A stretch of DNA of 64,000 nt, the filler included, from Sphacelaria rigidula (Eukaryota): assembly GCA_964200075.2 (NCBI GenBank). It is 4 parts of 4 records of this genome, joined end to end, with 100 filler letters (N's around TTAATTAATTAA, not from the genome) between each part and the next. Parts side by side here need not be neighbours in the genome. Positions count along the whole stretch, not along the records: positions 48,094 to 64,000 come from CAXNAA020001552.1; 3 more parts are not named here. The stretch is one strand, 5' to 3'. Below the pieces are notes generated by a model, which was not told the origin of the DNA, made no database searches, and worked only from the letters and a program-made list of their open reading frames with translations. The position numbers and the translations under genes are program-made. Each line of letters begins with the position of its first letter. The first letter of the stretch is position 1. Positions 48,714 to 63,142 of the stretch are shown one piece after another.

Positions 48714-51700
48714 ATGGATGACTTTGATGATTTCGGAGAGTTTAGCACCAGCCCAGGTACGAATAGAGGTGCAGCCGCAGGTCAAGATGGCGTCGCGGTT
48801 GGAGGGGAACAGGTTGACGAAAGCGGCCACAAAGGCGAGGATATCGTCACGGCAATGTCCAGCACTACTCCCAGTCCTGCACGCCGTCGGCGCCGCCAGA
48901 GCGAGGGCGGAATTAAGAGTCCCCTTGGCAGGAGCATTACAAGTGCGTGTGTGCGTGTGTCTATCTGGGTTTGTATTTTTGCGAATACTGAAAAAATAGA
49001 ACCAGAGTCGTTCTGTTCCCTTTTTTGTTCGTGGGAGCGTTTTCGCTTGGTTTGTTCGATAGCAACTACAGTAGTGGGATCATTGTAGGTGTGTGAGGTG
49101 TGCTTATTTGCCTGCGTTTTTTCTTCTTTTCCGAAATTGATGCTTTTGCTGCCCTTGTTACCCTCGAGTTTGTGTGTGTGTGTCGGTTCGCGTGGGGGCG
49201 CGCTTTGTGTACCGAATGAGCTTGGAGATTTGCTTGGTTGATTATTGCATTAAAGACGCGTGTGTTATGAGCGGAGGGGGAGTGTACTTATGATCATGCA
49301 TGCCATAGTCATGAGACCATTGACCATGAGCGGAGGGGGGAGGGAGTGGTGTTTCATTTGTGTCTTTTTTTGTTGCCGTCATGTGACAATATGCGGCAAT
49401 GTTTCATCAGTTTTATTCTTTTTGTTGGCAGCAGTACGTAGTTTGTATGATGGTTCCGATACAAGCATTCCTTTCCATTATAAAGCAAGCAGGTGTGGGT
49501 TTTCGATTCGCGTCGATTGAAGGTCTTTTGTTTGGTCTCAAACGTTATGATTTTGGCTACGCTGAGAGTGCCTTCGGTATATCATCAAATGCGGCGGGGT
49601 ATTCATAGGAGACCCACATCTATTCGGCGGCAGACGGATTCGTACCTTGGGTCAAAAATCAGGTTGCCTTTTGGGGAAAGCTGCCTTGTCATTGCCATAT
49701 TCCAGAATGCAACGTTGTCCCTTGCACATGCGCTAACACTTTGCTGAGCTTCATCCCCCCCCCCCCCCCTCCCATATCCCATTCGGCAACATAGATTTTT
49801 TATTTTGCACGTCTCTGCCGGGGTTCCCGCCCTTTCTTTCATTGCGCTGTTTTTTCCCCATGTTCTCTCGGTGAATAAGAACGAGATGGAAAAGTGGTGG
49901 TTGGCCTTTTCCCCCCTTATCTTGCGAGCTTTGACTCCAACTCTGGTCCGTCCAGTCCGTCAGTCCTCATCAACATTTGTAGTACACCCTCCACTGGCTT
50001 TTCCCCGTGTGTCTGACTACTTTGATACTGCCTTGTGGTGTAGTGCCCAGTGCGCTCATGATATATCGATATCCCTAACGCGGCCACCATTTTCGACTCA
50101 ACCTACCCTGCCTCCCACCCAATTCACCCCGTCCGCATTTTGTGGTCACGTACTTCGATGCGTGTGCTCAGTGTACTCTAAGAACGTGGCCAAGGATGCC
50201 TCCGCCACCGCCACAGACGCCCCCGCTACCACCGACTCGCCGCCGCCGGCGGCTGAAGCCCCATGTTTCAGTCCGGCATCTGAATTCGACACCGACTGTG
50301 AAGAACACACGGCCAACCATCTCAACGCTAGCATCAACGGCGCTGGTGTTCCCAGGAGCGGCATCGGCTTTGCTGCTAGCGCGGCCGCCGCTACTGCGGA
50401 CAACCCCGACCGGTCGTTCTCGGTGAGAGGCCATGGTTGTTGATATTTACCCGATCATGCTCCGACTTCCTGTGTGAGTATTAGTTTTTGTGTGTGTTTT
50501 GTTTCTCAATTTTTCATCCAGGTGTACGTTGTTGATTTGATACATGACTTCAAAACGAAACCCGTCGAAGGTCGTCGCTGGACCCTCCCGAAAGGCACGG
50601 CCGAAGGAATGTTGTCGGAGCGATAGGGCTACAGCGCAGTATTGTGTGTGATTGAATTCGTCGGTATTGCTTGGTGCTTTTGGTTTGTTTCCCCGGTATT
50701 CACTGTCTGTTCGCCACGCGGAAAGTATCCATTACTCTGTACGAGGTGTTTTGCCCTGATTTTTTTTTTCTCTTTTCTGTCGCTCATGGCAAAGTTTTTT
50801 TATTTCACGTTGCCCCGGCCAACGAATAACCTCATCAGGCAAACTTTCAGTAGTTCCTTCTTGCTGTGCTTGTCGAACCATTTCGGCACTAGAGACTATG
50901 ATGGCAACTGTGTCCTTGTGGCGGCCTTCGTTATCGATACGTGTTGTGGAGCCCCACCCATTCCGTGGGGGGTAACGGTTCCATCGCTGAGACCCCTTTC
51001 TTGTATTCCCCTGACCTCTGAAGCACCGTGATATGTCAATCGGTACCGAGCCCGCTTGGAAGTCGTGTAGCGGGCCGGACTGTCCATAGACACGCAACCG
51101 AAGGGCTGAAGCGAGCGACCCGTTACAACTTGAAAAAGTTTCTCTGTAAGAGAGGAGTACGAAAAGGTCATGTCCAGCCTGGAATGGCGCATCAAAGAGC
51201 TGAAACGCTTCTGTACAGCTGGTGGCCCCGGGAAAGTCAAGGGGTTTTCACCTATCCTTTCGCTGTTTCGTTTACATGATGTCGTCTCAGATCAACTCGA
51301 GAGCAGTCCACGATATTTCGGATTCCGACTCTTCCATGTCACTCACGGGAACCTTTAGCTCCCCCGCCGGGCTCCGATCTCCCGACGTGTCTGAGACGCT
51401 TGGGCGCAAGGAAAGTGAAGTGGCCTCAACAGCAGTTGCCGTGCAGCACCAGCAGGAGGAGGAGGAGGAAGAGGGGGAGGTGGATCAGCAGAATCAGCAG
51501 CAGGAAGAACAAGACGACAGGTAGGTTTCATGCACATGTGCATCGGAGCAGGTCGCTAGCCACAGATCAAACGATCTGATTGTTGGTGTGCGCGTGAATA
51601 TAGTGACATCTAAGTTGTGAGTTTCAACAATAAATGACGACCAGGGTATTGATGAGCATATGGAGCAACGGACGTAACGCAGAACAGCCGCAAAAGTTCG

Positions 51701-54700
51701 TCATCCGCCGACATATCGTGAACCGAAGACGTAGATGTCTTTCATTTGCCCAAATCGTGGACAACTTGAACGAAATATGATCGCTGTGAGAGCCTGCGAT
51801 CTTGCCGAAGTGCCCATGTGATTCGCACAGTGCACGGCTCGGCCGCTGTGCGAAGCGGTGCGTTTTCTAAAGGTGAGTGTTACCGGACTTGGCTGTTCCT
51901 CTTCTCGCGCTTGTCCTGGGTACAATAGGTTGTACTCGCAGGGGGATCGCCGCAAAAGCTTGGTGGGCCTTGAAAATGTTTGGCCCAAACTTACCACAAG
52001 CTCTCTGTAGACACCTGACACCAATGTCTTGATTAACGCCCGTTCTCCACCTGGCTGCTGTTACACTTCAAGTGCATTGGTAGCCATTGTCTTATACCCT
52101 CGCGTCCCGTCTGCTGTAAGCGGCCCGCCATCAGGATATCTCTGAATCGCGTACAAATCCATACAACTTTCTTACCGCTAAAGCTCTGTTTCACTACGTA
52201 AATTTGTCCATGGATGCGTCACCGCTGACAAAACCACCGCGGGGCATGACCTTTGATGGGCCACATCTTCGCCTTCATATGGAAGGTCAGGAGCTTGCGA
52301 TGATTGCGCCAAATGGTGCACCCTTGTGTGGAAACGTGTTTCACTGCATTTGACGGCACGGACGAACGGTGACCGAAAATTGGGCGTGACTTGGCTTTGA
52401 AGAGGTTAGGTTGAAGTGCAAGGTTTCATTTTTACGCGGAAACCAGGTGTCAGATACCTCCTCTCCCACCCGTCCCCTTCCCAACGCACACCCGTAATAA
52501 GTGTCTCAACGTGTGATGAAATCGGAAGTTCTGGTCAACTTGCTATGATGAGTGTACGACTTGTTTTCGGTTCACGGTCGATGGATGTAGCGGTAGTGTG
52601 GTGGTGTACTTGTACTGCGTACACCAACGACTTGCCAACAACGGGCAGTGATCTAACGCTCCTTGTGGGAAATAACCGGAACATGCAAGTGTGCACATCC
52701 ATTTGGGACCGTGGCATCCAATTGTCTCGAGCCAATCTGAACCCGCTGGCAGTATTAGTGCACATCGCAGAGGTGATCAGTGAATGCCCAGCCCGAGCAT
52801 GGAAGGACACCGGGAGGGCTCGGGTGTATATTTGTGTTTGTTACCAGAAGAATGTGATCTGTGCAAGAAGGTTCTTTTCGACCAAAGGGGCCTCTATTAA
52901 GACCCAAGATCCTGGCGTCACGTGCTCCGGAGTATATTCGAAGTGCAGTCAAACTTCCCATCTCCTTTTTTGACGGTGTTAGGGCGGAACCGGATGAGTC
53001 TGTTGAGCTGGCGTACACGCTGAACGGATCATCCCTAAGGGAGTCCGCTTCCACCCCTGGTGCAGGACGGCTTTCGACTGGCTCTTTCATGGATATCATG
53101 AGCGAGGTATGTGGGATATAGCACAAACAAAACGTATGAAGAACATTTTTGTTTTTCGGAGAAAAAATGATTGGATTCTAAAACATTCCGTTTCGATCGA
53201 AATTTTTCGTGCGTCAGTTTTGAAACGACAACAAGACTACTAGCCAAGAAAAAGTGAACTGTGAAAGTGCGCTCCACTCCGCCATATGGGATATATAACA
53301 CAAACAAAACGTCTAAAAAAACATTTTTGTTTCTCGGAGAGGAGTCTTGGATACTCAAACATGCCGTTTCGACAGAAAAATTTCGTGCGTCAGTTTTAAA
53401 ATGACACCGAGACTACTAGGTAAGAAGAAGTGAAACGTGAAAGTGCACTCCACTCCGCCCAGAGAAGAAATTATAACTGATTCTCTTGATGGATGCCATA
53501 AGCGATTTACGTTTCCTCACGATGCTCACTGTCCTGTCCATGGATGTCTCTTTGGTTGTCGTAAATTTTTCGGTATTTGAATCACATGGGCTTGTTGCTA
53601 TTGCTGCTGTTGCCTCATGCATAGGTATCCGAGTTCGAAGAGGAGGTGATGTCCGAGGCACAGGCAGAAGTGCCCGCCAAGAAGCCAGTCGGCGATCAAG
53701 GTGGGTATCGTTCGGAAGGAGACTCAGTCGGTGGGACCGTGTGGTTACTAAAATGTTCCTGTGAAAAATTGATTCCTCGACGGACACTCGTGGGAATTTG
53801 CCTCTCCTATGTGGTGGTTGTGGTTTTCATGTCACCCGTCCCGTCTTATGAGCGTCTTCCTTCGATCTTTGAACGAGAAGAGGCCGGTGGTCGGAGTAAC
53901 GTTTTTTGCCTGCTAGCGGTGAAGGTGTACATTATTTTCCCACGTATCTTACACGTGTGCTGGGAGCCCAAGTTATCAAGTTTCACAGGAGAGCTTCCCG
54001 TGAGTTTCTGAACTTTGCTTCGAAGTCATCCAACGGTTGTGTGGACCCCCACCATTTTGACGACTCTTTTGTCACGGCTTAACTTCAAGTAGCTTTTTGG
54101 TCGGAGCCGAGATCCGAACCCGAGAACTTCTGCTCATGGAGCATATGAGTTATCTCATGGTGTCGCCAATGTGAAAAGGTGATTCCTTGACTGGCACTTT
54201 GGGGATTTTTTCCCTTCATGTGGTGGTTTCCACAATACATTGATATACATTTCATCACATCCGTTCACACATGTTCTTACGCCGCACGGTGTACGCATGG
54301 ATCTATCCCAACACCTCCCTGAATAACACGCTGAGCTCAGGAGTCATTGGGCGCCAATAATTAGTCGCTTGAGGATGTTGTACTTCGTCACTTACAGTTA
54401 TGGGTGCGCCTGATCCCTCAAAATGGGCAAAAAAAAGTGTCCCGACCGAAATCGTCAACAGACACGAACAGACCGACTTTTGCGGCTTGTCCAGGCTCGT
54501 TGGGTGAAATGTGCCTTACGTCATCTGAAGAGAACCCATGAATCCAAAATTCATATCGAGAAAAAGCGGATTGCATTCCACAACCAGAACCCTACCGTGG
54601 CTGTCACTGGCATTCTAGCGTATCGCAAGCGCGGGCGAAAAGCGACGCAGTGGCATGCAATATATGAAGAACAACAACGGAAATCATGGTGTGAGGGGAA

Positions 54701-57700
54701 AGTGAATGTGCCGGGGAGACAGAAGCAAACGCAAGGCAGCAGACGCTTGGACGCTGTGAACCCCGTTTTGCGTCGTAGCCCATGTCTCGTCATCCCAGCG
54801 GTCGCAGTTTCGCACGTAGCATGCGAAATACTCTGGTTAGGTGTTGGCGAATGATGTCTATCGCTTTGGTCACACTAAAAACATGTCAGACGCCGCCGCT
54901 AACCTTGCGCAGTCGCTCCCAAGGGGTCCGTAAAAAGAGGACGCTGAACCGACTTTTGGAGGGGATGCGGATCGAAATTGGGCCAACATTATGTGCCCAA
55001 CATGCGACAGAGCCACATGTACTGATGGACTTCAACGAGGACGTCCCTTGTACAGACGAGTGAAGTACAAACAGTCGCCGGGTGTGTGATGTGGGCTAGA
55101 CGGATGTTAGTCCACCACCTTGTCAGGTTGTGAGGAGCTCAATTCATCGGATGCCATCATTCCGCAATTTTTGGCGGATGAAAGACTCGCCTTGTGCAAG
55201 TGTATTTGTTATTACGTGGACATGACTTTTCGTTTCATGAACATGACATTATTCGGACTCCAAAGATATTTGTGTTCCAAGAGGAAATGGAAACAGACCG
55301 TCGTGCGTCGCCCACCAGTGCCGATTATAACAGACGCGTGTCTTAGGAAGGATGGGTCCACTGACAAATACGAATGGGGCTTTGGCGCCATGTGGCTTCA
55401 TCAAAAGTGAGGGGTAAATGTCTCGCAGGCACAGCCCATGGGGGGTCGGTCGAAGGTTCAAATTCCACACCTGCCGAACATTCCACACATCAGATGTATC
55501 AACCATCTGCACTATCAATAGTCATTCATGGGTGTAATCTATTCTGAGGCCGTCGGACAGGGGTGAGGTTTTCGCGCATAGTGGAAACCGGCGAGGGTTG
55601 GAGGCGCTTGCTCGCGCTCATAGCCCAAACCGTTTCCGCAAGTACTCATCGCCAAGGCCATCGATTGGGATACGATTTCTTGTATCATCTGTGCCAAGGC
55701 GACAGCTACAACTTGACCCGGTATTCATTTTAATCTCACTAGGATACGAGGGTTATAACGAATTAAGTGGCAAAAAACATGTTTTTTTTTTGCGATCTTC
55801 ACGATCGCCATAACGTTTTTGGTCACACACTTACGTCAGATTGTAGCTTGGACAGATACACGCCGGTGAAAAGCCGAGGTACACCGTGGTTCGTAGTCCG
55901 GGACAAGATGAGAGGGAAATCGTGAAGTGGAAAGCCTACTCAAATTACAAGTACTTTGGGTGATTTAAGGAATTCATTGTCAGGGGATGAACGAGATACT
56001 GCGATCTCTTCGTGTTTTTGGTCGGTGACGCTTTTTTTGCCCTTTTGGGGGGTCAGGCGCACCCATAATAGTGCAATGCCGCGTTTTCCACGGCGGCTGT
56101 TGTTTGTAGTGCAAGCATTACATCCTGTTCGCACCGATTTGTGTAATGTCATGGTCGTGGATGAAGACATGGAGCGAGGGTGGATTGAGACGGTAGGGGT
56201 GTCCATTACCCATGCGAACAACTTGAGAGCGGTACATCTCCCGTGCAGAATTTGTCACCCGCGAAAGATTTGACGATATGAAAAAACACTTCGGACCGCG
56301 AAGCATGTGGGGATCGGGTTTACCTTTCCATTTCTTTCCCTCATGATTATCTTGGAATATACTGTACATGTTATCTAAAGGTATATACACAAAATTACCA
56401 CGAACACTCACTTCTGCCCCCAGCACCCTGGCGCCCTTGCGCCACTGTGTTACCGTAGCGAAGACGGCGGAGGTTCCACGTCGACTAAACGCCTCTCTAC
56501 ACGATTTTCCGTCGTGTGTCGGTAATGCACGTGGTTTGGTTCACACTTGGGCCTGACCAGTATTTAACAGTTTGTATCGGACGGGTCAGCCGTGGATGTG
56601 GGGGATGGTGATCCGTGTCGGACTATTCGAACCTTGAGCGTGAGAGCAGGTCTACGATGCGGTATTCGATCCCAAAACGGGGAAGGACGGTCCTGTGTGG
56701 TGGGGGATGTATGTTTGCGTAACAACTCGAGGATTCTGATCATTACCGCGAAGTCGGGTGCGTCGGATATATTTGTGCTGTGTGTGCATGACATGTGTGG
56801 TTGAAGCCATGACATTCAGGGTCCGTGCAACCAACGCGTGTCCATCGTTTTGTGTATTTCAGGCAATGACGACAAACATGGCACAGTGTCGCCAACCGAT
56901 CACGTGGATGGTGACCTGTGGTCGCCCCTCCGCCCCACGAGCAAGAGCTCGGTCGCGGAGGCCAAAGAAGAAGTTGAGGAGGATGGGGGAGACGACGACC
57001 ATACCGTAGAGCTTCGCGACATGAGCGAGCTCGAGGGCATGGACGAACCAGAGCCTGCGTGGAAATCTGTGTTGGCTCAGGTATTCATCTATCGATGCAT
57101 AAAGATACGAAATGTTCATTGAATTTTGTGAGCTCTTGGATTGTGGAGGTCTTGCCCCCCCCCCCCCATTTTTTTCTGTTCTTTAAGAGGCCTGCATTTC
57201 GAGAGTTGTCCAGGGTACTCATGTCTTGCTTGCTGCCTTACTCATTCGTAGCGCGGATGTGGCGCTTTTTGGTGCCTGTCTTGCCTCACGTCTTCGCGCG
57301 TACGCACGTCCTTATATCATCACTATTTTTGACATGTTTCTCGGTATTGGTGTTTCTTCCGTGATTGCCACTTCGATGTTTTGTTGTTGTCGCCGCTCCC
57401 ATCTCTGCCGATAGGAAACTTCACATGTCATTATGCTTTGCTGTTTCATCGGATGCTGCTTCCCTCGCACTAGTTCACGCTCACGGCTTCTGTTGTATGA
57501 TTTCGTCTGGTCACAGTCCCGCGCTTGTTGGAAAATGTCGTTTGTAGGCGTATAGTAGATGGATACCGAACGGTCATGGGTGTTCGGTATGTGTGTTGCG
57601 AAAAAAAAACAGTCTTAGCCTATAGTTGTGCAGCAGCCTTGAGCCGTGCTTGCGAGAGAAGGGTGTACGTTATTGAAATTTATATACGTGTATTGTGGAA

Positions 57701-60700
57701 TTTTCTGCTGTGTGTGCCGACATGTTCGTCGTCATATGCACAGCAGGTGCGATCGCCGCTTTTCTATTGCGGCTGTTTTTAGACGGCAACATGTCACCTG
57801 CTACGGCCTATGCACGAACAACTTTGACGCGAGGCATATGCATGGGAACGTCCTTTTTTCATGCAGGCACTACTGTATATTTACCTCCGAAAATGTTCAG
57901 ACCCCCCCCCCCAACAAAAAAGGAAAGGAAGGAAAGAGCGTTCCTCTTGCACAAAAACAAAACATGGTGTAAATTTCTCACTATTGCAATATCCGTTTTT
58001 TTCTTTCTATCTAGTTTCCTCGCTTTAGCAGTCGGAGTATCGTGCGCTCTTTCATGGATGACACGGACGGTACTGTTCTATCCCTCTGTCACTTGCGTCT
58101 CTCCCTCGACCCCTATCTTTGTTTTCTAAGGTCCAAGACGACATTTCGGACGGCTTCCGCCTCGCCACGGTTACCGAGGAAACGGAAGGCTATCCAGATG
58201 AAACCTCTACGGACATCGCGGCCGAGTCGGGCGTCGCCTCTACCGCCACCGGCAAGTCTAACCGAGACAGCACCGCCACGGTGGCGCTTCCAATGGACTT
58301 TTCTGACCTTGTGAAGGAGGACGACCTGGAACACCTAAGCGACAAGAGCAGAGGCGATGGTGGAAGGCGCAGCAGCAGCAATACCGGCAGGCGCAGCAGC
58401 CGAAGCAAGAAAATCAAGCGAGAAAGCGATGGTGTGTGTGGGGAGGAGGATGGGTTGGGTAGTGGGGCGCGGTGGGTATTAATCATTGATCTTAAGGGTC
58501 TACATATCGTGCTTTGGTGATTGGTTTTGTCGGGAATATTTGACGTTTTTGTTGGGATTCGTCTTAGCGCCCCTCTGTTGGTTGTCGTGGCATTTGTTTC
58601 CATCCGTGGTGTTTTGCTACCCGCTGTCTGCGCTGATAGGTCCTTCCTGTCGGCACCGGCAAGTCTCTTGAGGTCTCCATCTTCGAGTCTGTCGAATCGA
58701 GGCAGCCCGAAAACTTGACCGAGCAGCGCAAGCTTTTGTAAAGCTTTTGTACTCTCCTCTTTCCTCTGCCGCTCATTCCTACTGCGATTTTTTTTTGTTT
58801 TTTTTTTCATTCGTGCCTTTCCTCGGTCGCTGCATTAAATTCGTTCAGTATCGTCCATTGCAAGTGTCGACATGGATGTAGATGAAACAGAGGATATTCC
58901 TGTCGTACGTGCGTCATCAGCTCGACGCCGTTCTTCTGCTTCCTCCGGAGGCATTGTCTCTGCTGCTGCTTCGAGAAGTGCCGGGGGACCTTTGATCAAA
59001 AGAGCCCCCTCGCTGCCGCTGTCGCTGCCGCTCCCGCCGCGGGCGCCTGGGGGCGGCGCGGGGTCTCGGCGGCGCGCTTCGGTTTCGGGCGGTATCGGTC
59101 GGGTCCGCGAAACTATCACGGCCGACGGAGATCAGGCGGAAAGTCATGGTGAGGACGCTTCCGCTGACTCCGCTGCCGACTCGGCCGCCGGATCTTCGAT
59201 TGCTGTGACAGCGGCCGATGATTCGAGCGGGGACAACACCTCAGCAGCGGCACCTTTGACAGACCCTTCCGATCTCGTCAATTCGGACAAGTTGGATCAC
59301 GACGACGACGGAGACAGTGGTGGCGATCACAGACACGGGAGCATCAGCGGGAGCAGCAGCGAGAGCAAGCGAGAGAGGGAAGGTGTGTTTGTGTGTGTTT
59401 GTGTGTGTGGCGGGGGGCGAGGGGCGGGGGAGAGGAGCGCATGGGGCAGAGCGCGGTTGATCGTGAGAGCCTGGGATTGGCGTTCCGAAGGTTGATATCT
59501 TCAGGGGGGCTTGGCGGTTTTGCGGCAGTCAATTTCGCCCCCCCCCCTCGCGCATCGTTTTTGTAGGGAGCGCTTTTGAAACCGGTAGTATCCTGCCCTA
59601 ATGGGTCATGCGGTTGGTGCCACGGCTCTAGGTTGCGGCAAAGCCCATCTTCATCAACCGGTCCGTTCAATCTTGACAGCCCGAAGGCTGGACCGAGCAA
59701 CAAATGTCTCATTTTATCTTCGTTGTCAGGGGTGGTACATTTTTCAGTTGCTCCCCCACCCTCATTTTTGTGTGTCTAACATTGATATCTTCCTCGTTGT
59801 GCCGTATGCAGCTTTGAAGTACTCTCAAAGTTTTCCTCAGGTGACCGCAGTGGCTATAAGTGTACGCAGATATCTTGTAGGTAGCGTACTCCCCCCTCTC
59901 TCCCCCCCTTTTTATGAGAAATAGGGTGTTCTAAAAGGGAGTACGCAGCTCGGCCGAAATCTCCGGTGTCCTGTAATAGTCAGTGTATTACCTGAATGTC
60001 TGACTCGGGTCCTGTTTTTGTCCGTAGACAGTACCAAAACAAGGTACGCACTTTGTCACTTCGAGTGCACTACGGTAAGGTGTTCCCAACCACTCGAGTC
60101 ATTTTCAAATGATATGTGAATCCACCTGCGGAGGCTCAGTTGCTCAAACTCAGAGTACCTCCCGCTCCCCTCCCGTTTTGGGCTGAACTAAATATGCAGG
60201 GAGGGTTACCGAACCTCCGAGATAAGTCACCCCCTCCTCTCTGACCTCTAGGCTCTTCGCGTACGCAAGTTCTTATTTTGTGCTCTGGCCGCTATTTTTT
60301 AACGTTCCCAGCTTTGCCGAGTGGAAGTGTTCACGTGGACGGGGACAATCCAGAGGATATTCCTCCCACTCACGCACCATCAGCGCGCCGGCGTTCGTCT
60401 ACTTCATCGGGAACCGTTGCTTCTGCCGTAGCCTCAAGCAGCGTCGGGGGGAACTCGGCACACAAGATGCCCTCGCTGCCCCTGCCGTTGCCACCACGCG
60501 CGCCTGCCGGCGGCGCGGGGTCCCGACGCCGCGCGTCGGTCTCGACCGGCGTTGTCGGCATCGCCGGAGATACCACCGGGGGTGGGGAGCGCTTTGCCCT
60601 GGAAGCCATGATTAGCGCCCGGCGGCGTGCCTCTTTTGCAGCTCGGCCGTCCGCCATGGTCGTGGGTGGTCTCGAGTGGCGTGGCGGCAGCCACCGCAAG

Positions 60701-62266
60701 CGCGCTAGCGAAGACGGTGCTAGCCCCTCGTCGACCACGGGCGGCGTTCGCAACCTGCGCCGGCGCCTATCTGGCAGCTCTCCTGGCGATGATGTGGTGT
60801 CTTCGCCGGCGGGAAGAACTGAAGCTGCCGCCCAGCAGCCCGTGGGGCTCGACGCGGGTGGTGTCACTGCTGTTGAACGGCGGGACAATGATGATGATGA
60901 CGGTGCAGGCGCGATGGATGCTGTGCTGGGCTCGGAAGAGACTCCTTCGACGGGTGGCGTGGTGAAGGAGAAGGCGGCGACTGCGGCGCAGGAGGAGGAC
61001 GAGGAGGACGTAACGGACATGTCGGCCGCGCCTATTCTCGGCATGACGATTCAGGTGAGGGAGGTTCTGTATGGATGTGGTTTCAGGTTTTCTTCGTGTG
61101 CATGAGGTTGTTTCTTGTTTTCGTTGCACTTGATGTCAGCCGGTGCTAGGTAGGTGGTGCGCCTGCCGTGGCGGGTATGCTGGCGAAGGTACGACACTGC
61201 CGAGAGAGAAGCGCCACTTCAACGTGCAAGCACCGACTTCATGCAAGGAACACGAGATTGTACGGTAGTTCACGTCATTTTGGAGTGCCTTGAGACTGTT
61301 ATCCTGTTTAAAAGTGATGTCACAAGCCGCTGAGTAATCTCCAGCGGCTGTTTGTGATGGTCCCACTCTGTATCTTTCCCCATCTGCTTCACATGGTCAA
61401 GCTTCATACGAGTACTCTTCCGTCGTGGTGCTGTGGTTGTGGTCGACACCTTTTTCAACGTCGAAACGCGTGATGATAGGTTATTTCGTGTGACGTGGTG
61501 TCTTGGTGCAATTTTGCACGGTTAGGACGAATCATCACGGGTTCAAATCACCAAATCCACGATTTCTTCGGCCTGATTGTCCAAAAGGGAGAAGAAAGTT
61601 GACCGCTGGTCCAAGGGGTATCCACGCAACTTTTGCGCCACTCCACGTGTCTGGGCTGCCTTTACCTGGGTTGCAACGCTGAAAACAAAGCCTAGGGGTT
61701 TGTTGATTCGTACGATTCGAATCAATTAGACTAAAACCAAGTAATTTCCAGATGAATCATTGATTTGTCCGATCCTGACTGGCACCCTAATCAGGTTGTT
61801 TTCCTCAACAACCGTTCTCGCTGGTGGCCTCCCCTTTTGCCCTCATTGTTTTCCGATCGACGGTAGGAGCTGATTGCCTTCGTGGCCCCCGACTTGACTA
61901 CCCCTGAGGGACAAACCATCGATACTTCCGTGGTATCCATTGGAGATGGCGAGGACATGGCCGAGATGCCTGACGACTGCGTTGATGGAATGGCGACCAC
62001 CCTCGATGCCGCGGCCGCAGAGATGGAGGTGCGGTGTAGAGAAAGCACAGTGCAGTAGGGACTCTCACAGTGCGGCTTCCGGAATCACGGTTTGTCATCA
62101 TTCTTCATTTGAAATCGCTCGACATGAAATCTGGTTGTCCTTGGGCTGGCAATCCATCACGCTGCACTACTGTTGACAGCCTGTGCCGGGGTACCTTGAG
62201 TCTGGGGTGACGCTTGTAGGCTGTACGCTCCTCACTCTTGGTGCTTTGTTTAGATCGTTCGACTGC

Positions 62267-62305
<39 letters not shown>

Positions 62306-63142
62306 CGTTTTGTTCACGGTGGCGTTGTGGCTTACTTCAAGGCCGGTTTTGATCGGGTGGCCGCGGAGAGTTTTGTGTGCAAATATACTTCAGTCTACCG
62401 GGAACCCCCTAAGGCTTGAGCCCAAAATATACGCACAAGAATAGCGACATCAGCGAGGTATAGTTGAAGTCCTCCGTGTTTTCTTCGTCAAGGAGGTTAT
62501 TGCGTTGGTGATCGAATGATTCTACGTGACATATTGTTGCCCTCGGACGTTTTGTCGTGGCCATGCTCGATTCGTTTTGCTCAAGGTACAGATAATGGTA
62601 GACATGGCCATGTACTTTACCGGTGCGCGAGGGTTTGTGTATTTTTGCTCAGTACAGTGCGCACGATATCACACACGTCCGCTCTGTACGTATCCCCTGC
62701 CCTCGGCGTTTTGTGTGTGTGTTGTCGTATCTCGCATCAGAGCGCGATTTCGGTGGCGATCGAGGAGGCATTCGTTGTGCAGCAGACAGTGTGGCAGCAC
62801 GCGCGGGCCTGTCCCGTGCTGGGGGAGATCGACAATGCCATCTCACGCGGAGACACTTCAAACGAAGGTACTGTACCACTCTGTTCCGAAATATAAGGAT
62901 GATATGGATGTGCTGCTCAATAACCCCCGCAAGTTTTTTTTTTGAAACGATTGTTTGCATCGTTTTCGGGGTCATTCAGCGAGACTGTCAGAACCGTTTT
63001 TTATTTCTCAACATGACACCCAACATGTGCCCACAGCAGCATCCGAAGCAGAGGCACTCAGAGCTCGAAAAGAAAAATCTCCGGTAAACTGTCGTCCTAT
63101 AGTCTGTTCACGATGTCCGTTGCTGGAGGCACTGCTGGGAGG
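48714..63142 (+). CDS. Large acidic Ser/Ala-rich protein of unknown function, 3'-partial; exons 48714-48942, 50172-50422, 51291-51520, 52983-53106, 53625-53700, 56863-57080, 58131-58431, 58849-59382, 60312-61054, 61867-62028, 62741-62867, 63037-63142 (or -63083)
   Basis: Twelve exons with AG/GT sites chain in compatible phases without stops. Starts MDDFDDFGEFS. No recognised folded domain. Confidence 0.75.
53112..53460. repeat. Two-copy ~175-bp intronic tandem duplication
   Basis: TGGGATATA..CACAAACAAAACGT...TTTCGTGCGTCAGTTTT...GTGAAAGTGC.CTCCACTCCGCC occurs twice. Confidence 0.9.
54095..54170 (-). mobile_element. Degenerate tRNA-like SINE head
   Basis: Minus-strand B-box-like GGGTTCGGATCTC. 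Confidence 0.3.
62268..62304. repeat. (GT)n microsatellite
   Basis: About 18 GT units. Confidence 0.95.

Noticed and set aside
54400-55520. Possible transposon or viral coding remnant in intron 5 of the unknown gene
   Set aside because: Short ORFs with no motif I can recognise. A translated search would be needed.
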